The notes beneath the pieces were generated by a model. That model was not told the DNA's origin and made no database searches. It saw only the letters and a program-made list of their open reading frames with translations. Shown here in pieces: positions 26,290 through 35,915 of a stretch of DNA of 64,000 bases. The number at the start of each line of letters is the position of its first letter. Position 1 is the stretch's first letter. Source of the DNA: an uncultured Candidatus Rokubacteria bacterium (GTDB taxonomy: Bacteria > Methylomirabilota > Methylomirabilia > Rokubacteriales > DASRDR01); the NCBI GenBank assembly GCA_963805625.1, contig CAWDVE010000010.1:992001-1056000 (forward strand). Reading direction: 5' to 3'. Both the position numbers and the translations under genes were made by a program.

Positions 26290-27209
26290 TGATCAATGCC
26301 GCCCTCTTTCCCGCCCTCGAAACCTTGCTGGCCGTGATCCGCACGGGCTCGGTGGCGGGGGCGGCACGCCAGCGCCACATCACCTCATCGGCGGTGAGCC
26401 AGCAGATTCGGCGGCTCGAGACTCACTTCGGCATCAAGTTCTTGGAGCGCGCCGGCCGCGGCGTCCGCCTGAGCGCCACGGGCGAGGCGGCGCTCCCCGT
26501 CGTGCGAGAGCTCTGGATCGGGGCCGAGGCTGCGTTCGCACAGCTCGCCGAGCTGGCCGGCCACCCCACCACCACGCTCCGCATGGCGGCCAGCGATTAC
26601 CTCGGCAGGGCACTGCTGGCGCCGGTGCTCCGGGACTTGCTGGACCAGGAGCCGTCCGTGCGCTTCGAGATCGTCACCACCCACTCACGCGAGGGGGTTC
26701 GTCTGGTTGCGCGCGGCGACATTGATCTCGCCGTGGTCACGGGGCAGGACACCCCGCGGGGTCTCGAGGACCGCCACCTGTTCGACCAACCCTTCGTCTG
26801 GGTCGGCCCGCGGCGCCAGCGTGGGCAACGGGCGCCGCTGACTGAACGGCTGCGTCGCGAGCCAATCCTGCGCCTGGCCGCCGAAAGCCGCGGCCGCGCG
26901 CTGCTCGACCAGTATCTCGCCGACGCTCGGATCCGCCCGGTGTCGACCATCGACGTGCCGAGCGTGTCGCTGCTGCTCTCCTATGTCTCGGGGGGGCTCG
27001 GCATCGGGCTGGTGCCGGCCCTGGCGCTCAGCGAGGCGCCTGCGGATCGCACCGTCAGCGCACCCGCGCGAGTGCCAACGCTACCCGTCACCCTGGTCTG
27101 GCGCCCCGCCGCCCACCGCCAACCTGCCCTGGCCCGTCTGGCCGCCCTTCTCACGACCGCCGGAGCTCGGGCGGGCGCGCGGCTCGCCCGTGTACGACGT
27201 GCCCCGTAA
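26289..27209 (+). CDS. LysR family transcriptional regulator divergent from leuCD
   Basis: HTH GSVAGAARQRHITSSAVSQQIRRLE...ERAGRGVRLSATGE; substrate-binding domain DIDLAV, GLGIGLVP. Confidence 0.92.
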   Translation: MINAALFPALETLLAVIRTGSVAGAARQRHITSSAVSQQIRRLETHFGIKFLERAGRGVRLSATGEAALPVVRELWIGAEAAFAQLAELAGHPTTTLRMAASDYLGRALLAPVLRDLLDQEPSVRFEIVTTHSREGVRLVARGDIDLAVVTGQDTPRGLEDRHLFDQPFVWVGPRRQRGQRAPLTERLRREPILRLAAESRGRALLDQYLADARIRPVSTIDVPSVSLLLSYVSGGLGIGLVPALALSEAPADRTVSAPARVPTLPVTLVWRPAAHRQPALARLAALLTTAGARAGARLARVRRAP

Positions 27210-27370
27210 GCGTGCGGGGGCCTGCGGCTTGTCACCTCGTAGACCAGGTGAGGACCGATGCGGAGCTACGTCTGCCAGGACGGCGGCGCCCGGACGGTGC
27301 CAGAGCCTGGAACCTACACCAACCCCCGAAAGAGCACTCTGACTTCCAGGACGCTTCAGGAAGCGACGCA

Positions 27371-27430
27371 GTCGCCAATGACAACTCGTTCTCGGAGGCG
27401 CGGGTCGAGACCCTGAAGAACCGGCAATCC
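27371..27430 (+). mobile_element. Possible degraded IS3-family transposase fragment
   Basis: VANDNSFSEARVETLKNR resembles the IS3 integrase-core motif VSNDNPxSExxFxTLKYR; short and degenerate. Confidence 0.35.
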
Positions 27431-27521
27431 ACCCACGCCGACTTCATAAGAAAACGGTCCTGGTTGGCGATGGAAACCTGAGCTATGCTCAGGCGCCGCG
27501 ATCTCGACCTAGAAGGAGAGT

Positions 27522-28532
27522 GTGAGGGCTTCACTGCTCGTCCTCGTGGTGATGGTCGGCCTTCTCGCGGCCCCGCTTGCTGTCGAGGCGCAGCAGGCCG
27601 TGAAGGTGTGGAAGATCGCGTTCCTCGGCAGCTCCCTTTCCGTTGCCTCTCCATTCATTCAGGCATTCCAACAGGGGCTTCGCGAGCTCGGCTACGTGGA
27701 AGGCCAGAACATCGCGATCGAGCGCCGATCCTCCGAGGGAATGACCGAGCGGCTCCCCGACCTCGCGGCCGATCTGGTCCGCCTCAAGGTTGACGTCATT
27801 GTCGTCGACACCTGCGGAGCACCGATCAACGCCGCCAGTCAAGCAACCAAGACGATCCCCATCGTCGTGGCGGCCTGCAACGATGACCTCGTTGCGACCG
27901 GGCTCATCTCCAGCCTTGCTCGACCGGGAGGCAACATCACGGGGCTGTCCGAGCTAACGCCGGAGCTCGGGGCCAAACGTCTCGAGCTGCTGAAAGGGGT
28001 CGCCCCCAAGGTGAGGCGGGTGGCGGTCCTTTGGAATCCAACCTCTTCCGAGCGGTTCAGCGCCAATTTCCGCTTCTGGTCCTCCGATTGGGTCGAGGTG
28101 CGAGGCGCGGCCCAGGTGTTGGGCCTGACACTTCAATCCGTGGAGATCCGAGGCCCCGACGACTTCGATACGGCGTTCTCAGCCATGACCCGCGAGCGCG
28201 CCGACGCGCTGATTGCGTTTTCCGATCCTTCAATCGTCTTACACGGAAGACGGATCGCCGACCTCGCGGCAAAGAGCCGCCTGCCGGCCGTCTACGCATC
28301 CAGAGAGGTTGTGGATGCGGGAGGCCTAATGTCCTACGGGCCGAGCGTCTCGGACATGTTCCGGGGTGCCGCCGTTTATGTCGGCAAGATCCTGAAAGGG
28401 GCCAAGCCCGCCGATCTCCCGATGGAGCAGCCCACGAAGTTCGAGCTGGTCATCAACCTCAAGACCGCGAAGACCCTCGGACTCACGATTCCCCAGTCGC
28501 TCCTTGGCCGGGCGGATGAGGTGATCCGGTGA
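27522..28532 (+). CDS. ABC transporter substrate-binding protein (ABC_sub_bind/PF04392-like)
   Basis: GLRELGYVEGQNI, SLARPGGNITGL, KRLELLK, GGLMSYGP, EQPTKFELVINLKTAK. Confidence 0.92.
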   Translation: MRASLLVLVVMVGLLAAPLAVEAQQAVKVWKIAFLGSSLSVASPFIQAFQQGLRELGYVEGQNIAIERRSSEGMTERLPDLAADLVRLKVDVIVVDTCGAPINAASQATKTIPIVVAACNDDLVATGLISSLARPGGNITGLSELTPELGAKRLELLKGVAPKVRRVAVLWNPTSSERFSANFRFWSSDWVEVRGAAQVLGLTLQSVEIRGPDDFDTAFSAMTRERADALIAFSDPSIVLHGRRIADLAAKSRLPAVYASREVVDAGGLMSYGPSVSDMFRGAAVYVGKILKGAKPADLPMEQPTKFELVINLKTAKTLGLTIPQSLLGRADEVIR

Positions 28533-28565
28533 GGCCTTGGCGCCCGAATCATCATCTCCACGGAG

Positions 28566-28686
28566 ACCGCACGCGCTTGTCGCCGCATCCCAGCGGCGTC
28601 CCACGGGCGACGAGCCGACCTGGGTCCTCGACCCCGAGATGCTCCATGAGGTGCTGGAGGTGATGACCGACGTGGCCGAGGAGGGT
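28566..28686 (+). pseudogene. Fragment of polar amino acid ABC ATPase (GlnQ/GltL-like Walker B/D-loop)
   Basis: 28609-28686 translates as DEPTWVLDPEMLHEVLEVMTDVAEEG versus the family pattern DEPTSALDPEMxxEVLxVMxxLAxEG; decayed copies at 29568-29633 and 30518-30591. Confidence 0.8.
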
Positions 28687-28691
28687 GTCCG

Positions 28692-29546
28692 ATGAGACGA
28701 TGCGTGACTGTGTGGCTGGCGAGCGCCCTGCTGCTCGGCGCAGCCGCGTCGGTCCGGGCCGAGACAATCCTGGAGAAGATCGGCCGGACGGGAGTCCTGA
28801 CCGCGGGAACGAAGAGCACCAATATCCCCTTCGCGTTCATCAACGAAAAGAATGAGTGGATCGGCTTCGCCATCGACCTCCTGGAGAACATCCGCGCCCG
28901 CTTGGAGAAGAAGCTGGCCAAGCCGATCAAGCTCGAAAAGAAGGAGATCAGCAACGCGACCCGGATCTCCCTCGTGGTCAATCGGACCATAGACGTCGAG
29001 TGCAGCACCACCACCTACACCCGGGCCAGGGACGAGGCGGTCGACTTCTCCATCACCTTCTTCTTCACCGGCGCCCAGCTCCTGGTGAAGAGGGGGAACG
29101 GGATCAAGAGCCTGGCGGACGTGGCCGGCCAACGCGTGGGGGCCACCCGCCAGGCGACCGGCGAGACGGCCCTGCGCGCCGCCCAGCCCAAGGCCGACGT
29201 GGTGACCTTCCAGGACCTCGGGGCCGGCTTCCTGGCACTCGAGCAGGGGAGGATCGTCGCCTACACCACCGACGGTATCCTCCTGGCCGGGCTGGCCGCC
29301 AAGGCCAGGAACCCGAAGGACTACGAGGTGGTCGGAGACTTCTTCTCGAAGGACCCCTATTCCTGCCTAGTCCCGGAGAACGACTCCAAGTGGCGCGACT
29401 TCGTGAACCACACCTTCATGGAGCTGATCGACAGCGGAAAGTACTTCGAGCTCTACGACAAGTGGTTCGGGGTGCGCGGCGTGGTCCCCTATCCCATGTC
29501 GGACCAGGTCCGCACCTACATGCTCATGCAGTCGATGCCGGATTAG
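28692..29546 (+). CDS. Polar amino acid ABC SBP (family 3, GltI-like), tandem copy 1
   Basis: IPFAF, RI.LV.NRTIDVECSTTTYTRAR, VDFS, DGILLAGL, ENDSKWRD. Confidence 0.93.
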   Translation: MRRCVTVWLASALLLGAAASVRAETILEKIGRTGVLTAGTKSTNIPFAFINEKNEWIGFAIDLLENIRARLEKKLAKPIKLEKKEISNATRISLVVNRTIDVECSTTTYTRARDEAVDFSITFFFTGAQLLVKRGNGIKSLADVAGQRVGATRQATGETALRAAQPKADVVTFQDLGAGFLALEQGRIVAYTTDGILLAGLAAKARNPKDYEVVGDFFSKDPYSCLVPENDSKWRDFVNHTFMELIDSGKYFELYDKWFGVRGVVPYPMSDQVRTYMLMQSMPD

Positions 29547-29638
29547 GGTCGAGGCTGACGGCTGGGTCCGGCGCTCGACTCCGAGAGGATCAACGAAGTC
29601 CTGGAGATGATGACCGACACGGGCACGAAGGGTGTCCG

Positions 29639-30496
29639 ATGAGACGATGCGTGACTGCGTGGCTGGCGAGCGTCTTGCTGCTCGGCGCGGCCGCGCCGGT
29701 CCTGGCCGAGACGGTCCTCGAGAAGATCAGCCGGACCGGGGTCCTGACCGCGGGGACACGGGGCAACGCAATCCCCTTCGCGTTCATCAACGAGAAGAAC
29801 GAGTGGATCGGCTTCTCCATCGACCTGCTCGAGGCCATCCGCGCCCGCCTGGAGAAGAAGCTGGGCAAGCCGATCAGGCTCGAGAAGAAGGAGATCACCC
29901 CGGAGACCCGCATCCCCCTCCTGGTGAACCGTACCCTCGACGTCGAGTGCGGGTCCACTACCTACACCCGGGGCCGGGACCGGGACGAGACGGTGGACTT
30001 CTCTATCACCTTCTTCTTCACCGGTACCCAGCTCCTGGTGAAAAAAGGGACTGGGATCAAGAGCCTGGCGGATGTGGCCAGCAAACGCGTGGGGGCCATC
30101 CGAGGAACGACCGGCGAGAGGGCCCTACGTACCGCCCAGCCCAGGGCCGACGTGGTGACCTTCCAGGACACGCCGGCTGCCTTCCTGGCACTCGAGCAGG
30201 GAAGAATCGTCGCCTACGCCCACGACGGCATCCTCCAGGCAGGGATGGCTGCGAGGGCCAGGCCGATGGAGTACGAGGTGGTGGGGGACTTCTTTTCGAA
30301 GGACCCCTACGCCTGCATGGTTCCGGAGAACGACTCCAAGTGGCGCGCCTTCGTGAACCACACCTTCATGGAGCTGATCGACAGCGGGAAGTACTTCGAG
30401 CTGTACGAGAAGTGGTTCGGGGAGCGGGGCGTGGTGCCCTATCCCATGTCGGATCGGGTCCGCACCTACATGCTCATGCAGTCCATGCCAGAGTAG
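29639..30496 (+). CDS. Polar amino acid ABC SBP (family 3, GltI-like), tandem copy 2
   Basis: Close paralog of copy 1; true start MRRCVT at 29639. Confidence 0.93.
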   Translation: MRRCVTAWLASVLLLGAAAPVLAETVLEKISRTGVLTAGTRGNAIPFAFINEKNEWIGFSIDLLEAIRARLEKKLGKPIRLEKKEITPETRIPLLVNRTLDVECGSTTYTRGRDRDETVDFSITFFFTGTQLLVKKGTGIKSLADVASKRVGAIRGTTGERALRTAQPRADVVTFQDTPAAFLALEQGRIVAYAHDGILQAGMAARARPMEYEVVGDFFSKDPYACMVPENDSKWRAFVNHTFMELIDSGKYFELYEKWFGERGVVPYPMSDRVRTYMLMQSMPE

Positions 30497-30596
30497 GGGC
30501 GAGGTTGCCGGCCAGCTCCGGCGCACGACCCCGAGAGGACTAACTATAATAATAGGTCCTGGAGTTGATGATCGACATGGCCACGCACGGTGTCCG

Positions 30597-31457
30597 ATGA
30601 GGCGATGCGTGACTGCGTGGCTGGCGAGCGTCCTACTGCTCGGCACGGCCGCGCCGGTCCTAGCCGAGACGGTCCTGGAGAAGATCAGCCGGACCGGGGT
30701 CCTGACCGCGGGGACACGGGGCACCTCCATCCCCTTCGCGTTCATCAACGAGAAGAACGAGTGGATCGGCTTCTCCATCGACCTGCTCGAGGCCATCCGC
30801 GCCCGCCTGGAGAAGAAGCTGGCCAAGCGCATCAAGCTCGAGAAAAAGGAGGTCACCCCGGCGACCTGGATCCGGCTGGTGGCCAACCGGAACGTCGACG
30901 TGGAGTGCGGGTCCACCACCCACACCCGGGGCCGGGACCGGGACGAGGCGGTGGACTTCTCCATCACCTTCTTCTTCACCGGTTCCCAGCTCCTGGTGAA
31001 GCAGAGCAGCGGGATCAGAAGCCTGGCGGACCTGGCCGGCAAGCGGGTGGGGGCCGCCCAGGGAACGACGAACGAGAAGGCCCTGCGCGCCGCCCAGCCC
31101 AAGGCCGACGTGGTGACCTTTCAGGACCACGCAACCGGCTTCCTCGCGCTGGAGCAGGGAAGGATCGTGGCCTATGTCTCCGATGGCATCCTCCTGGCCG
31201 GGCTGGGCGCCAAGGCCAAGAACGCCAAAGACTACGCGGTGGTGGGGGACTTCTTCTCGAAGGACCCTTACGCGTGCATGGTCCGGGAGAACGACTCCAA
31301 GTGGCGCGACTTCGTGAACCACACCTTCATGGAGCTCATTGACAACGGGAAGTTCTTCGAACTCTACGACAAGTGGTTCGGGGAGCGGGGCGTGGTCCCC
31401 TATCCCATGTCGGACCGGGTCCGGAACTACATGCTTATGCAGTCCATGCCCGAGTAG
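30597..31457 (+). CDS. Polar amino acid ABC SBP (family 3, GltI-like), tandem copy 3
   Basis: Close paralog of copies 1 and 2. Confidence 0.93.
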   Translation: MRRCVTAWLASVLLLGTAAPVLAETVLEKISRTGVLTAGTRGTSIPFAFINEKNEWIGFSIDLLEAIRARLEKKLAKRIKLEKKEVTPATWIRLVANRNVDVECGSTTHTRGRDRDEAVDFSITFFFTGSQLLVKQSSGIRSLADLAGKRVGAAQGTTNEKALRAAQPKADVVTFQDHATGFLALEQGRIVAYVSDGILLAGLGAKAKNAKDYAVVGDFFSKDPYACMVRENDSKWRDFVNHTFMELIDNGKFFELYDKWFGERGVVPYPMSDRVRNYMLMQSMPE

Positions 31458-31657
31458 GAACGAGGCTGGCGACCGGCGTCTGATCGGGGCCCCCGGTCGA
31501 TGCCAATGCCGGTACGGTCACCAGGATCCTGGGACGGAGGATGCGCGCCGCCTGAGCGCCGGCTGAGAGCCGGGTGTCTCGTTCTCACCGACGCGTTCCG
31601 GCCCTCCCTCACGAGAGAAGATGTCCGTGAGTCAAAGTCTGACCCCATACTAGGTCG

Positions 31658-32587
31658 ATGACCTGGCTCACCGAGACCGAGCGCGACCCGCGGCCGGCCG
31701 GCGACCGCCTGGCGGCGCTCTGGGCGGAGCCCGGAATCCTCAGACTGCCGGGGGCCCACGATCCCCTCGCCGCGCTCCTGGCGCGGCGCGCGGGCTTCCG
31801 GGCCCTGTACGTCTCGGGCGCCGGGCTGTCGGCGACCCTCGCCCTGCCCGATCTGGCCGTCCTGACTCTCGACGAGCTCCTGTTCTTCACCCGCGCGATC
31901 GTACGCGCGTCCGGGCTGCCCGTTCTCGTCGACGGCGACACGGGATACGGCGAGGTGCTGAACGTCGTACGCCTCGTGCGGGAGCTGGAGGACGCGGGGG
32001 CGGCGGCGGTCCAGCTCGAGGACCAGGTGATGCCCAAGAAGTGCGGGCATCTTTCCGACAAACGCCTGGTCGCGCCCGAGGAGATGGCGCGGAAGGTCGC
32101 GGGGGCCGCGCGGGCGGCGCGTCACCTCCGGATCGTCGCCCGGACGGATGCCGTGGAGCTCGAGGGCCTCGACAAGGCGATCGCGCGAGCGCGACTCTAC
32201 CGGGAGGCCGGAGCGCACGTGATCTTTCCCGAGGCCCTTCGGACCGCCGACGAGCTCCGGGCCTTCGTCGACGCGGTCCCGGGGCCGCTCCTCGCCAACA
32301 TGACGGACTTCGGTCGGACGCCGCTCCTCCCCGCCGACGAGCTCGCCCGCCTCGGCTACAAGCTGGTGATCTGGCCCGTCTCGGCCCTGCGGGTGGCCGC
32401 CGGCGCGATGGCCGCCTTCTACGCGGACCTGGCGCGGACCGGCACCCAGGCCGGGTGGGTCGACCGGATGCAGACACGACGCGAGCTGTACCAGCTGATC
32501 GGCTACCACGACTACGAGGCGCTCGACGACAGCATCGCCCGGAGCGCCCTCCCCGACGAGCGGCGCGGCCAACATGGAGGTCCATAG
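31658..32587 (+). CDS. prpB: Methylisocitrate lyase
   Basis: LYVSGA, LPDL, VDGDTGYG, EDQVMPKKCGH, ARTDA, LANMTDFGRTP. Confidence 0.92.
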   Translation: MTWLTETERDPRPAGDRLAALWAEPGILRLPGAHDPLAALLARRAGFRALYVSGAGLSATLALPDLAVLTLDELLFFTRAIVRASGLPVLVDGDTGYGEVLNVVRLVRELEDAGAAAVQLEDQVMPKKCGHLSDKRLVAPEEMARKVAGAARAARHLRIVARTDAVELEGLDKAIARARLYREAGAHVIFPEALRTADELRAFVDAVPGPLLANMTDFGRTPLLPADELARLGYKLVIWPVSALRVAAGAMAAFYADLARTGTQAGWVDRMQTRRELYQLIGYHDYEALDDSIARSALPDERRGQHGGP

Positions 32588-34094
32588 GATCCGCGTCCAC
32601 CCGGCGGCCGCGCGCCTCCCACGAGAGGGCCAGCTCGCCTGGAAGCTCGCCGCCTTCGCGGTGGCGGCCCCCGCCGCGGGTGTCGATGCCGACGTCGCCG
32701 AGATGGTCGCCTGTCGCGTCATCGACAACGCGTCGGTCTCCCTCGCCGCCATCGACCGGGCACCCGTGGCCGCGGCGCGCGCCATGGCGCTCGCGCATCC
32801 GCGCGCAAGCGGGGCGACACTCTACGGGCTTCCTGCGACGACCACCGTCCACGCGGAGTGGGCGGCGTGGGCGAACGGCACGGCCGCCCGGGAGCTCGAC
32901 TTCCACGACACCTTCCTCGCCGCCGACTACGCGCACCCCGCGGACAGCATCCCGCCCCTCATCGCCGTCGCCCAGCAGAAGGGCGTGGACGGCGCGCGCC
33001 TCCTCGCCGCCATCGCTGCCGCCTACGAGGTGCACGTGAGCCTCGTCAAGGGGATCTCGCTCCACGCACAGAAGAAGGACCACGTGGCCCACCTGGCGCC
33101 GGCGATCGCCGCCGGGCTCGGTGCGCTTCTCGGTCTCGAGACCGCTGTCGTCTACCAGGCGATCAACCAGGCGGTGCATCTCGGCTTCTCGACGCGCCAG
33201 TCGCGGAAGGGCGAGATCACCTCGTGGAAGGCGTCCGCCCCTGCCTGGGCGGGAAAGCTCGCCATCGAGGCAGCGGACCGCGCAATACGGGGCGAAGGCG
33301 CCCCGAACCCCATCTACGAGGGCGAGGACGGCGTGATCGCCTGGATGCTGGCCGGCCCGGACGCCGAGTACGCGGTCCCCCTGCCGGCGCCGGGCGAGCG
33401 TCCCCGCGGGATCCTCGAGACCTACCCGAAGGCGCACTCCGCGGAGTACCAGGCCCAGGCGTTGATCGACCTCGCGTTCGATCTCCGGCGCCGCATCGCC
33501 TCGGGAAGCTGGCCGCGAGTGCGTGAGGTCGTCGTCCGCACGAGCCACCACACGCACACGGTCATCGGCTCCGGCTCGAACGACCCCGAGAAATACGACC
33601 CCGGCGCCTCGCGGGAGACGCTCGATCACTCGATCATGTACATCCTCGCGGTCGCCCTCGAGGACGGCAGCTGGCACCACGTCGACTCCTACCTGCCTGA
33701 GCGCGCGCACCGTCCCTCCACGCTGGCCCTCTGGCGGAAGATCCGGACCGTGGAAGACCCCGTCTGGACGGCGCGCTACCACGACCCGGATTCGGCGCGG
33801 AAGGCGTTCGGCGGCCGCGTCGACGTCACGCTCGACGACGGCAGCGTCGTGAGCGAGGAGCGCCTCGTCGCGGACGCGCACCCGAACGGCCGGCGCCCCT
33901 GGCGATGGCCGGACTACCTGGGAAAGCTCGAGCAGCTGACCGACGGGCGCCTGCCGCGGAACGCCCGAGAGCGGCTGATCGACCTCGCGGGACGCCTCGG
34001 GCGGCTCTCGCCCGACGAGGTTCGCCAGCTCAACCCGCCGCTGCCGGCGGGCACCGTCCTGCCGGATCGCCCGGACGGGCGCGGCATCTTCTAG
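32574..34094 (+). CDS. prpD: MmgE/PrpD family 2-methylcitrate dehydratase
   Basis: RELDFHDTFLAADYAHPAD, DHVAH, RQSRKGEITSWK, RETLDHSIMY. Confidence 0.9.
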   Translation: MEVHRIRVHPAAARLPREGQLAWKLAAFAVAAPAAGVDADVAEMVACRVIDNASVSLAAIDRAPVAAARAMALAHPRASGATLYGLPATTTVHAEWAAWANGTAARELDFHDTFLAADYAHPADSIPPLIAVAQQKGVDGARLLAAIAAAYEVHVSLVKGISLHAQKKDHVAHLAPAIAAGLGALLGLETAVVYQAINQAVHLGFSTRQSRKGEITSWKASAPAWAGKLAIEAADRAIRGEGAPNPIYEGEDGVIAWMLAGPDAEYAVPLPAPGERPRGILETYPKAHSAEYQAQALIDLAFDLRRRIASGSWPRVREVVVRTSHHTHTVIGSGSNDPEKYDPGASRETLDHSIMYILAVALEDGSWHHVDSYLPERAHRPSTLALWRKIRTVEDPVWTARYHDPDSARKAFGGRVDVTLDDGSVVSEERLVADAHPNGRRPWRWPDYLGKLEQLTDGRLPRNARERLIDLAGRLGRLSPDEVRQLNPPLPAGTVLPDRPDGRGIF

Positions 34095-34216
34095 CCCCGA
34101 CGCCGAGCTGCGGGCAGGCCGCGCGCCCGGCAAGCCGCGTGCGGTAGAATGAGGCGCACGGAACGCCTGCCAACTTCAGTCGACTCTCCAACGGAGGCCA
34201 ACGGAGGATACTGCCG

Positions 34217-35176
34217 ATGAGAATGAGAAAGGGAACGCTCGCGCTCCTCACGCTCGCCGCTTTGGCGCCGCTCCTGGCGCTCGCGGCTGAGCCCATCAAG
34301 CTCATGGTCCCCGCCAATCCGGGCGGCGGCTGGGACGCGACCGGGCGCGCCGTCCTCACGGCACTCGAGGCCGAGGGCATCCACAAGGCCGGCGCCCAGG
34401 TCACGAACAAGGGCGGGGCGGGCGGCACGATCGGCCTCGCCGAGTTCGTAAGCTCCATGAAGGGCAACGACAACGCCATGATGGTCATGGGCGCGATCAT
34501 GGTCGGCGGGATCCTCACGAACAAGTCGCCCGTGACTCTCGACCAGGTCGTCCCGCTCGCCCGGCTCACGATCGAGTACAACGCGATCGCGGTCGCGCCG
34601 AGCTCGCCCTTCAAGACGGTGAAGGACCTCGTCGACGCGCTGAAGGCCGACCCCGGCAAGGTGTCGATGGGCGGCGGCTCGGCGGGCGGCGTCGACCACA
34701 TCACGCTCGCGCTCATCGGGCAATCGGCGGGCGTCCCCGCGGCCAAGCTCAACTACGTCCCCTTCCAGGGCGGGGGCGAGATGATCGCGGCCGTCGCGGG
34801 CGGCAAGCTCGCCGCGGCGATCTCCGGGGCATCGGAGTTCAAGCAGTACGTCGACACGGGACGGCTCCGCCTGCTCGCCGTCACGTCCGACGCGCGCCTG
34901 GCAGGCGTGAACGCCCCGACGCTCAAGGAGTCCGGCGTCAACGTCGTCATCGGGAACTGGCGCGGCCTGGTCGGACCTCCGGGCATGTCGGCCGGCGGCC
35001 GCTCGACCATGATCGCGATGCTCGACAAGATGCACCCCTCGAAGGCCTGGCAGGAGACGCTCAAGAAGCAGGGGTGGGACGACGCGTACCTTTCGGGCGA
35101 GGCGTTCGGCGGATTCCTGAAGGAGGAAAACGTCCGGATCGCCGCCGTGCTCAAGGAGGTTGGTCTCGTCAAGTAA
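34217..35176 (+). CDS. tctC: Tripartite tricarboxylate transporter substrate-binding protein
   Basis: PANPGGGWDATGR, NKGGAGGTIG, GGSAGGVDH, NWRG. Confidence 0.93.
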   Translation: MRMRKGTLALLTLAALAPLLALAAEPIKLMVPANPGGGWDATGRAVLTALEAEGIHKAGAQVTNKGGAGGTIGLAEFVSSMKGNDNAMMVMGAIMVGGILTNKSPVTLDQVVPLARLTIEYNAIAVAPSSPFKTVKDLVDALKADPGKVSMGGGSAGGVDHITLALIGQSAGVPAAKLNYVPFQGGGEMIAAVAGGKLAAAISGASEFKQYVDTGRLRLLAVTSDARLAGVNAPTLKESGVNVVIGNWRGLVGPPGMSAGGRSTMIAMLDKMHPSKAWQETLKKQGWDDAYLSGEAFGGFLKEENVRIAAVLKEVGLVK

Positions 35177-35282
35177 CCGGTGTTCCTCGGATCGCCGCGA
35201 CGCCTCGGGCCTCGGGCGCTCGTGACGTCGCGTGCCTCCGGGGGCCGGGCATGAACACGGATCCGGCGCGGAAGCTGACCCG

Positions 35283-35819
35283 GTGAGCGGTCCCACCGAG
35301 GCGGCTCCCGCGCCGGGGACACCGCCGGCCCGAGGCGGCCGGACGCCGTCCCGCCCCTGGTGGCTCGGCGCCGCCGTCATCGCCTGGGGCCTCGTCTGGC
35401 TCTACGGGGCGCTGTCCCTCCCGCAGGCCGCCACCTACGCCGTCGTCGGACCCGGCTTCTTTCCGGCCGTCATCGGCACCGGGCTCGTCCTCCTGGGCAT
35501 CCTGCTCCTCGTCGCCGTCGCCCGCCGGGAGAGCTTCAAGCCCCAGGAGGCGGAGGACGCCGACGTAAGCCGGCCTCCCTCACGGGCGGCGTTCTGGATG
35601 ACCGTCGCCGCCGGCGTGATCCCGGTCTTCGTCATCCGCTCGCTCGGGTTCCCCGTCGCGGCCGCCCTCGCCTTCGCGCTCACCGCGCGGGCGTTCGGAT
35701 CGCGCCGCCTTCTCCTGGATCTCGGCGTCGGCCTCCTCCTCGGCGTCGCGTGCTGGCTCCTCTTCTCACGACTCCTCGGCCTGTCCCTGCCCGGATTCCC
35801 CGCGCTCGGAGTGACATGA
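35283..35819 (+). CDS. tctB: Tripartite tricarboxylate transporter small membrane subunit
   Basis: VGPGFFP motif, 4-5 TM segments, LLGLSLP C-terminus; lies between tctC and tctA. Confidence 0.88.
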   Translation: MSGPTEAAPAPGTPPARGGRTPSRPWWLGAAVIAWGLVWLYGALSLPQAATYAVVGPGFFPAVIGTGLVLLGILLLVAVARRESFKPQEAEDADVSRPPSRAAFWMTVAAGVIPVFVIRSLGFPVAAALAFALTARAFGSRRLLLDLGVGLLLGVACWLLFSRLLGLSLPGFPALGVT

Positions 35820-35915
35820 GCCCACAGGCCGCCACAGGCCGAAGGCTGTCCGATCGGGCCCGTCCGATCGGATCCGTCCAATCAACTCCCGCGGCGCCAG
35901 GATAGCGTAGCGAGC

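Noticed and set aside
28560-31460. CRISPR array or diversity-generating retroelement behind the repeats
   Set aside because: Repeat units are whole ~950-bp genes; there is no short repeat-spacer periodicity, no reverse transcriptase and no adenine-specific variation pattern.
35177-35262. Novel ncRNA between tctC and tctB
   Set aside because: Imperfect long hairpin at the usual post-SBP position, like 3040-3070 and 55321-55364; best explained as an mRNA stabiliser or attenuator.
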